The notes below the pieces were generated by a model. The model saw only the letters and a program-made list of their open reading frames with translations, had not been told where the DNA came from and did no database searches. The translations under genes were made by a program, and so were the position numbers. A stretch of 10,534 bases of DNA, from contig DATGIQ010000236.1 in the NCBI GenBank assembly GCA_035295665.1, forward strand, positions 1-10,534. Reading direction: 5' to 3'. Of the stretch, positions 1 to 5,252 are shown one piece after another. Origin of the DNA: Gemmataceae bacterium (lineage in GTDB: Bacteria; Planctomycetota; Planctomycetia; Gemmatales; Gemmataceae). Within the stretch, counting starts at the first letter, position 1; every line of letters begins with the position of its first letter.

Positions 1-654
1 GGCGCCGGCTTCGAGTCTATTCCGCCGACTCCCAATCTGTGGGGCATCCCGGTCGAATCGGTGCCGGACACCGTATCGCCCTTCAGCGCGGTTGACTGCT
101 ACGCCGAGGCTTTTGCCAAGCATCATGCTACGCTCCAGCTACTGGGGGGGGCGTATTTCTCCCCTGTCGGTTTGGGACCAAGGACGCAGCCGCGCTTCAA
201 TTTCGCTCCCATTGATCTGCGGTTGGGGTGCATGCTCTACTCGCCGTGTCCCGACGCCTGCTGTCTGCGCGGCAACATCGAAGCGCTTTTAGAGCTGACG
301 GCCGCACCGGTGATCTACGGTTTTGGCGATATCGTCACCGGTCCGACGATTCTGCTGCGGTACAACTTCGTGCAACCGGATTGGCGGCTGGTTCCGTACC
401 TCCAGGGGGGCGGAGGCTTCACCTACAACGATGGCTATCGGGATAAGTCGCAGCGAGCGCTGGGACAGGCAGGGGAGTTCTACCTTCAGGCCACGGCCGG
501 CTTCCATTACCTCCTTAGCTCGCATTGTTCCATCGATCTGGAAGGGGGATACCTCCACATTTCCAATGCCGGCACCAATGACCGCAATGGCGGCATCAAT
601 GCCCTGGGCGGCTCCCTCGGGATCACGTATTTCTTCGGCAACCGGCACGATTGA
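1..654 (+). CDS. PagL-like lipid A 3-O-deacylase / acyloxyacyl hydrolase, outer-membrane beta-barrel. It is 5'-partial: the frame is open from base 1, and the listed start at 61 is probably internal.
   Basis: The C-terminal 'GGYLHISNAGTNDRNGGINALGGSLGITYFF' matches the PagL catalytic region as I remember it from Pseudomonas PagL ('AIHYSNAGLKQPNDGIESYSLFYKIPI'): H-x-S-N-A-G, then N-x-GI. The sequence has alternating aromatic/Gly beta-strand character and ends near an aromatic residue. Frame 1 has no stop between positions 1 and 61. Confidence 0.6.
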   Translation, partial: GAGFESIPPTPNLWGIPVESVPDTVSPFSAVDCYAEAFAKHHATLQLLGGAYFSPVGLGPRTQPRFNFAPIDLRLGCMLYSPCPDACCLRGNIEALLELTAAPVIYGFGDIVTGPTILLRYNFVQPDWRLVPYLQGGGGFTYNDGYRDKSQRALGQAGEFYLQATAGFHYLLSSHCSIDLEGGYLHISNAGTNDRNGGINALGGSLGITYFFGNRHD

Positions 655-682
655 AACCGGGATCAGGAAGAGCCAAAAGGAC

Positions 683-740
683 GAAGCGGCCGTCACCCTG
701 CTCTCGTAGAGGCTGACCGCCGCTTCTCGCTTTCGTTTTA
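683..740 (+). terminator. Intrinsic terminator candidate between the convergent PagL-like and SPFH genes.
   Basis: A 13-bp stem with one mismatch (683-695 'gaagcggccgtca' / 714-726 'tgaccgccgcttc') is followed by the T-rich 'tcgctttcgtttta'. Confidence 0.4.
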
Positions 741-1838
741 CAGCACATTCACGACGCGCTCGGTCAATCCTTTGTCTCCAAGCACGACGTTCAACTTGGC
801 GGAGGCCGCGACCTTTTCCAGGACCTCCAGCTCGCGCAGCCGCATGAGCGTTGGGTTTTCCTGGAGCAGCCGGGCCGTGTTGGCCTGGCTGCGCATGGCC
901 GCCATCTCCTCCCGGCGAGCAATCAAGTTGGCCTCGGCCGCCTTCTTGGCCTCGGTCACCTTGTTGAGCAGACTCTTCATCTCCCCTGGCAAGATGACGT
1001 CGCGGATGCCTGCCGATACCACCTCGACGCCAAAGCCCGTCACACGCCGGCGCAGACCCTGCTCCAGTTCCTGGACCAGGGCATCCTTGTCAACCAGGAA
1101 CGCATCAAGATCCCGGGCACCAACGAGGGCCCGCAACACGAGCTGCGTCTCGCGGTACAATGCTTGCCGGGCATCATCGACCACGCTCACGGCCAGCCGG
1201 GCATCCGTGACCTGGTACGTCACCAAGGCATTGAGCCGCAGCGTAACCTTGTCGGCCGTCATCAACTCCTGACCGGCCACGTCGAGGACCAACTCGCGTC
1301 GGTCCACCGGCACAACCCGCACCTCGGCCATGTTCTTCCAGAAGGCGTACTGACCGGCCGGCAGCGTTTCCACAAACCGGCCATCGTAGAAAAGCACGCC
1401 ATCATGACCTGCCGGCACGCTGATCGTGTCGAGCAGACGTCCGGCGTTGGACGACGCAACAATGAGCGGCCAATCTGGATGGACAAAGCGAACCCGCCGC
1501 GCATCCACGACTTCGAACCGCACCTCGCGAAACGAGGTCCAGTAGGCGTACAGTCCCGGTGGCAGCACATGGCTGAATCGTCCGTCGATCCAGATCAGGG
1601 CACGCTCATAGTCTTTGAGGTCGAGCACCAGGGCTCGGTCCTGCAAAGCCCCCGATTTCACGATGACATCGAGCTTCTCCTGCAGGAGCCAGGGAGCCCG
1701 CTGCGAAACCACCTCGACTCGAACACGCTGGAATGGATCGAAGAACCAGTCGTGGCCGGGGTCGAGGAGTTCGCGAAACTCGCCGTCATGGAAGTAGAGT
1801 CCGATTTCGTAAGCGCGAATCTTCACATGCTTGAGCAT
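738..1838 (-). CDS. SPFH/band-7 (stomatin/HflK/C-like, slipin-type) protein. It has no N-terminal TM anchor and carries a triplicated ~40-aa N-terminal motif.
   Basis: An ATG at 1838 is preceded by a strong SD ('AAGGAGG', 9 nt upstream on the minus strand). The SPFH core 'KVTLRLNALVTYQVTDARLAVSVVDDARQALYRETQLVLRALVGARDLDAFLVDKDALVQ' is followed by a coiled-coil tail 'AKKAAEANLIARREEMAAMRSQANTARLLQENPTLMRLRELEVLEKVAASAKLNVVL'. Three tandem repeats of the form 'DGRF..LP.G.YAFW....EVR' lie upstream of the core. Confidence 0.85.
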   Translation of the reverse strand: MLKHVKIRAYEIGLYFHDGEFRELLDPGHDWFFDPFQRVRVEVVSQRAPWLLQEKLDVIVKSGALQDRALVLDLKDYERALIWIDGRFSHVLPPGLYAYWTSFREVRFEVVDARRVRFVHPDWPLIVASSNAGRLLDTISVPAGHDGVLFYDGRFVETLPAGQYAFWKNMAEVRVVPVDRRELVLDVAGQELMTADKVTLRLNALVTYQVTDARLAVSVVDDARQALYRETQLVLRALVGARDLDAFLVDKDALVQELEQGLRRRVTGFGVEVVSAGIRDVILPGEMKSLLNKVTEAKKAAEANLIARREEMAAMRSQANTARLLQENPTLMRLRELEVLEKVAASAKLNVVLGDKGLTERVVNVL

Positions 1839-2228
1839 GCTTTTCCCCTCCTTTGTACCCTTGGGAGACGGGGCGTTCCACCGGTCCCACGTCCGGAAGC
1901 GGAGAGACGTTGTCGTTGCCGCGGCCCTGAGGATTCATCACGGCCTGTTCGCATTGGGAAGTAGAACATCGTTCCACAAATCGCCAACGTGTCGCAGCCG
2001 GATTCATCCAAAGCGCGGCGACAACGGTCTTGACGCCCTACAAGGCTTCCGACCGTGTTGCCTGGACGAAGGTCTTTCGAGGCAGCCGAGCCGGAGACAG
2101 GGGTCATGGACCGAAGTCTGGGCATGAGCTGCTCCCAGGGACGCTTCGCCCCGGCGGACGAAGTAGACGCCCGCCCCCTTGAGGGTTCACGACGCGGTCG
2201 CGTCTGGCAAGACGAGCGGTGACTCGTT

Positions 2229-2301
2229 TGCTTGGTGCAGGAGTCGAACCTGCGACAGCCAGATCTACAATCTGGTGCTCTGCCACTGAGCTAACCGACT
2301 T
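2229..2301 (-). tRNA. tRNA-like sequence, possibly a pseudogene or an integration-site remnant. The D-, anticodon- and T-arms are canonical, the anticodon is GUA (Tyr-type) with a short class-I variable loop, and the acceptor stem does not pair.
   Basis: The minus strand reads 'AGTCGGT TA GCTC AGTGGCA GAGC A CCAGA TTGTAGA TCTGG CTGTC GCAGG TTCGACT CCTGC ACCAAGC A'. The D-stem is GCTC/GAGC, the anticodon stem is CCAGA/TCTGG, and the T-arm is GCAGG-TTCGACT-CCTGC. Only 4 of the 7 acceptor pairs form (5' AGTCGGT against 3' ACCAAGC). G37 and a 5-nt variable loop are atypical for bacterial tRNA-Tyr. No CCA is encoded. Confidence 0.45.
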
Positions 2302-2409
2302 GGATCCCGCCTTGGTCATAACCCCTGTACGGAACGCACCGGATCAATCGCTCCGAGATCCAGGGCGCCGCGGGTCCAGGCGCAGAACCAGCGCTTCCAA
2401 TTTTGCCAA

Positions 2410-2453
2410 CAAAAAAGGCCCGGTGTCGCGCGGACACCGGGCCATGCTGATTT
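2410..2453 (-). terminator. Strong intrinsic terminator hairpin. It reads best on the minus strand and is only weakly bidirectional.
   Basis: A perfect 11-bp GC-rich stem (2416-2426 'ggcccggtgtc' / 2432-2442 'gacaccgggcc') has a 5-nt loop 'gcgcg'. A run of 6 A's (2410-2415) directly abuts the stem, which gives TTTTTTG after the hairpin on the minus strand. On the plus strand the T-run 'tttt' sits 7 nt downstream. Confidence 0.55.
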
Positions 2454-2630
2454 TGGTCCACGAAGTGTCAAGCGCGCAACCAGTGCTGCCGTGTATTTTG
2501 CAATAGGGACGTCCCTTGATCGGGGATGGGGTCCAGGGTTAACTTGCCCACGAAGTAGTTTCGCATGATTCCTTTTCCACCAAGGTTCCCGTGCTTGGAA
2601 TCGTCCAGGGATGTCCACGAATCTGCAACA

Positions 2631-2677
2631 CGAACCCGAAGCTTCCGCGCGCCTCCCGCGCCGACGCTTCGGGTTCG
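2631..2677. repeat. Nested inverted repeat forming a 47-nt stem-loop. The outer arms are a perfect 12 bp and the inner stem is 5 bp.
   Basis: The outer arms are 2631-2642 'cgaacccgaagc' and 2666-2677 'gcttcgggttcg'. The inner stem is 'gcgcg' (2647-2651) with loop 'cctcc' and 'cgcgc' (2657-2661). No T-run follows on either strand. Confidence 0.6.
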
Positions 2678-2795
2678 GTTGCAGCCGAATCCCGTACGCA
2701 GCTATAGACGCTCCACAGCGTCAAGAGGTTCGCTCCACGTCATCAAGGTTTTATAGCCGGGGCGACGACGCGGAGTGCCCAATGCGTGAATCGGG

Positions 2796-2838
2796 TTGCC
2801 GCGCCGCTCCGGGATAGAACGTGGTATAATCGGCAAAG
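2796..2838 (+). promoter_or_regulatory. Sigma70-type promoter candidate with an extended -10 element, 'TGGTATAAT' at 2822-2830. The predicted TSS is near 2837, giving a ~97-nt leader to the GTG at 2935.
   Basis: The exact consensus TATAAT is preceded by TGn. A possible -35 'TTGCCG' (2796-2801) sits at a suboptimal 23-bp spacing, but an extended -10 can compensate. The site faces the plus-strand cassette. Confidence 0.5.
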
Positions 2839-2934
2839 TGCGCGATCCGTGTTGGGGGCGGCCGCGCCTTCTCGTCGAACCATCGTGAGGGCTTTCCACG
2901 GACGCAAGATCGTCGTACTAGCGTAGGTCACGCC

Positions 2935-3204
2935 GTGACGATTTCAGTCAATTGCCACTCCTGCCAGGCAGTGCTTCGGCCAAAAGACATTCTTGCCGGC
3001 GACCGACGCCGGTGTCCCCGATGCCATGCCCTTATTCGAGTACCCAGGTCGCTCCCCCCTTCGGCGGATAATAACGGGCTTCCCACGGATGTTGATGCCG
3101 GTTCAACCAAAGCGTCCATGAACCGGCATGCGCTTGACATACCTGGTCCGAACCGTAAACGCCTGGTTTGTCCGGGCCGTCTATCAACGGGACGGCTTGG
3201 ATGA
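2935..3204 (+). CDS. Small zinc-ribbon protein (C-x2-C-x16-C-x2-C) with a GTG start. It may be a genuine mini-ORF or the N-terminus of a frameshifted gene.
   Basis: The N-terminal 'VNCHSCQAVLRPKDILAGDRRRCPRCHALIRV' is a classic zinc-ribbon pattern. A weak SD 'AGGT' lies 7 nt upstream. The ORF overlaps the next ORF by 77 nt in a different frame. Confidence 0.4.
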   Translation: MTISVNCHSCQAVLRPKDILAGDRRRCPRCHALIRVPRSLPPSADNNGLPTDVDAGSTKASMNRHALDIPGPNRKRLVCPGRLSTGRLG

Positions 3205-3763
3205 ATCGCTTGCTTCCTGGTGTGTGGAGACGGGTCGGTTCGCGCCAATCTTCTGGCTCACGGCAATCGCCGTCACCAGGACGCGCGGAGTTCTCTGGGT
3301 ATTCATGGTGCTTGGGCATGCTCTCAGTTCTTATCTGGAGCGACAAATGGAGTATGATGCCGATCGCTATACGGCCCGGCTGGTCGGCAGTCGTGTCGCC
3401 GAGGAGATGGCCCAGCGTATCCTCCTGCTAAGCATAGTCAGGGAGGGCGCCTTTTCCTTCGTGGGTGGATCTCTATCCAGGGGCAAGCTGGTGGATGACT
3501 TCGCGGCGCTCCTCGTGGCCGGTGCCGATCAGATTCCTGCTCCGATCCGCCGCAAGGTACAACGTGCAATGAACAAGGAGAAGACACGACTCTTCGACAC
3601 GCATCCGCGCTGGCAGGCTCGTTTGGCAGAGATTCGCGCCGAGAATGCGCCGGGAATCTTTCACTTCAACCAGCCGGCGACCATTCTCTTCACCGATTAC
3701 GAAAAACTTGCGCGCCGGGTCCTGGGGCACCTTTATCGCGAAGGCCTTGCGGAACTTGGTTGA
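3128..3763 (+). CDS. Membrane protein homologous to the C-terminal half of M48/HtpX-family zinc metallopeptidases but lacking the HExxH motif. It could be a truncated pseudo-protease or a pseudogene remnant.
   Basis: The segment 'LERQMEYDADRYTARLVGSRVAEEMAQRIL' aligns with the E. coli HtpX third-ligand region '[28 protein letters not shown]' (recalled from memory). The C-terminal 'DTHPRWQARLAEIR' aligns with HtpX 'THPPLDKRIEALR'. A TM-like segment 'FAPIFWLTAIAVTRTRGVLWVFMVLGHAL' precedes the Glu. In HtpX the HExxH lies about 83 residues before this Glu. Here the ORF starts 74 residues before the Glu, and an in-frame stop (3119-3121) sits 2 codons upstream of the ATG. No SD is evident. Confidence 0.55.
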   Translation: MRLTYLVRTVNAWFVRAVYQRDGLDESLASWCVETGRFAPIFWLTAIAVTRTRGVLWVFMVLGHALSSYLERQMEYDADRYTARLVGSRVAEEMAQRILLLSIVREGAFSFVGGSLSRGKLVDDFAALLVAGADQIPAPIRRKVQRAMNKEKTRLFDTHPRWQARLAEIRAENAPGIFHFNQPATILFTDYEKLARRVLGHLYREGLAELG

Positions 3764-3782
3764 CGCTAGGGGAGGGACGACC

Positions 3783-4544
3783 ATGCGCGTGGCCGCCATC
3801 TATGACATTCACGGAAACCTTCCCGCACTCGAGGCGGTACTCGAGGAGATTCGCCAAGCAGGCGTAGACCAAATCGTAGTTGGCGGGGATGTGATGCCCG
3901 GCCCGATGCAACGGGAGGCGCTCGCCTGCTTGCTCGACCTGAGGATTCCCGTTCAGTTTCTCCAGGGGAACGGCGAGCGCGAGATCCTTGCTCTCCGGGC
4001 GGGCAGGCAAACCGGTAACGTCCCAGAAGCATATCGGGGAATCATGGAGTGGGCGGCTCAAGAGCTACTCCCCGAACACGAGCGGCTGGCAGCGAGCTGG
4101 CCCTTGACTTTGCGAGTCGCGATCGAGGGCTTGCGTGAGGTCCTCTTTTGCCATGCGACGCCGCGGAGCGACACGGAGATTTTCACTCGCTTGACGCCTG
4201 AGGAGCGACTCACACCGATTTTTGAAGGACTCGAGGAACGCTTGGTGATCTGTGGCCACACCCACATGCAATTCGATCGGACGATCGCCGGAATCCGAGT
4301 GGTCAATGCCGGAAGCGTGGGCATGCCCTTTGGCCAACCGGGTGCCTATTGGCTCCTGCTGGGCCCCGGCGTCGAATTTCGGCATACGAACTACGATTTC
4401 ACCAAGGCTGCCGAGCGCATCCGAGTGCGCTCGTACCCCCAGGCTCAGGAGTTTGCTGACCGAAACGTCCTCCAACCGCCTTCCGAGGCCCAGATGCTCG
4501 AAGCCTTCGGCCGGGCCGAGTTGAAGCAAGCTCAAGGATCGTAG
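3783..4544 (+). CDS. Calcineurin-like metallophosphoesterase (MPP superfamily, YfcE/MJ0936-like phosphodiesterase or phosphatase).
   Basis: The ATG at 3783 follows the SD 'GGGAGGG'. The MPP motifs are present: 'AIYDIHGN' (D-x-H-G), 'VGGDVMPG' (GD), 'LQGNGE' (GNHE-like), 'ICGHTH', and 'AGSVG'. It starts 19 bp after the stop of the preceding ORF, which looks operonic. Confidence 0.85.
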   Translation: MRVAAIYDIHGNLPALEAVLEEIRQAGVDQIVVGGDVMPGPMQREALACLLDLRIPVQFLQGNGEREILALRAGRQTGNVPEAYRGIMEWAAQELLPEHERLAASWPLTLRVAIEGLREVLFCHATPRSDTEIFTRLTPEERLTPIFEGLEERLVICGHTHMQFDRTIAGIRVVNAGSVGMPFGQPGAYWLLLGPGVEFRHTNYDFTKAAERIRVRSYPQAQEFADRNVLQPPSEAQMLEAFGRAELKQAQGS

Positions 4545-4635
4545 CCGTCGATCGCTCTTCCCCATCCCCGTGCACCCGGCTATCCTGAGCGGTGCTGGTT
4601 CCGCTCCTCCCCGCTCGGCGCTCAAGGACCAACTG

Positions 4636-4983
4636 ATGAACTCGATCATGGTCATTCACCCATACAAGAAGGACGGAACCTGGGTCTTTGATGATCTCAG
4701 GGTTGGGCTCCATCAGGAGCCCTTTGTGGCCGGAGCCGATACAGTACTCGACCGGCTCGTTGAAGGATTGCCCCGTGCAGATCAAGGCTTTACCCTCCTC
4801 TTCTCAGCGCAGCCATTTCCTGGCTACCAAGCAGTTTTTGAGTGGCGGCGGGAGGAATATGGGGGCAGCTGGTATTTCAGTCCCGTCCTCCAGATGGAAG
4901 GATGGTTGTGTCCGGCACTGGTTAAGTATTTCGAGAAGGCGCCGCAGCGGATCTACGCCCAGGCAAAGCCCAAGAACGCCTGA
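4636..4983 (+). CDS. Conserved-looking small hypothetical protein of 115 aa (DUF-like). It starts at the internal ATG that has an SD, rather than at the GTG at 4570.
   Basis: The SD 'AAGGA' lies 7 nt upstream of the ATG at 4636. The composition is balanced: 'MNSIMVIHPYKKDGTWVFDDLRVGLHQEPFVAGADTVLDRLVEGL...EGWLCPALVKYFEKAPQRIYAQAKPKNA'. Confidence 0.6.
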   Translation: MNSIMVIHPYKKDGTWVFDDLRVGLHQEPFVAGADTVLDRLVEGLPRADQGFTLLFSAQPFPGYQAVFEWRREEYGGSWYFSPVLQMEGWLCPALVKYFEKAPQRIYAQAKPKNA

Positions 4984-5252
4984 CGTGCGGGTTGTGGCGG
5001 AGTTTTTGGGTCCGCGGCTGCGAACCACTTGCACCGGGCGTATTGCGCAGCTAGGTTTGGAAAGCCAGGCGCAAGCCTAGGTCCTACCCCGCTCCGCTCG
5101 ATGGCGAATAGCCATCCCTGCCGCGGAACCTTCCCTCTGTCTCCGATCCCCACCGGCTTCCGACCCCCGGGCACTACAAGCTTGACCGGTGCGTGCCCGC
5201 CGATGTGTGTCCCACCTACCACCACCCCTCCTTCAGAAAGGATAATCCGCAC

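Noticed and set aside
289-709. ORFs at 289..696 (-), 323..709 (+), 92..292 and 228..446 overlapping the PagL-like gene.
   Set aside because: They overlap the motif-supported PagL-like frame and have low-complexity composition.
1164-1964. 266-aa plus-strand ORF antisense to the SPFH gene, and the overlapping 166-aa ORF at 772..1272.
   Set aside because: Both overlap the strongly supported SPFH CDS entirely. They have Arg/Ser/Pro/His-rich junk composition typical of wrong-frame GC-rich DNA, and no SD.
1786-2319. Short ORFs in the SPFH-tRNA intergenic region (1786..2007-, 1823..2125-, 1831..2127+, 2104..2319-).
   Set aside because: They have no SD and Arg-rich composition, and they overlap one another. 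One also overlaps the tRNA-like element.
3114-3128. 'HEPAC' in frame 3, read as a possible M48 HExxH remnant.
   Set aside because: It is HExxC rather than HExxH and lies in a different frame from the M48-like ORF. CAT-GAA occurs by chance frequently. It is kept only as a note inside a finding, not as a feature.
3645-3782. N-terminal extension of the metallophosphoesterase ORF back to 3645.
   Set aside because: The extension overlaps the preceding gene, has junk-like composition, and has no SD. The ATG at 3783 has a strong SD and begins the conserved 'MRVAAIYDIHGN' MPP motif.
4570-4635. GTG start at 4570 for the small DUF-like protein.
   Set aside because: It has no SD. The downstream ATG at 4636 has 'AAGGA' at the ideal spacing.
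4984-5060. Possible terminator after the small DUF-like gene (4984-5060).
   Set aside because: Only partial complementarity around the 'ccgcgg' palindrome; no clean stem followed by a U-tract.
5182-5210. Possible -35/-10 promoter before the Ig-like protein gene (5182-5210).
   Set aside because: 'TTGACC' has no matching -10 element 17 bp downstream, where the sequence is 'gtgtgt'.
5193-5252. GTG start at 5193 for the Ig-like protein.
   Set aside because: The ATG at 5253 is preceded by 'AAAGGA' 10 nt upstream. The upstream extension, 'MPADVCPTYHHPSFRKDNPH', is not signal-like.
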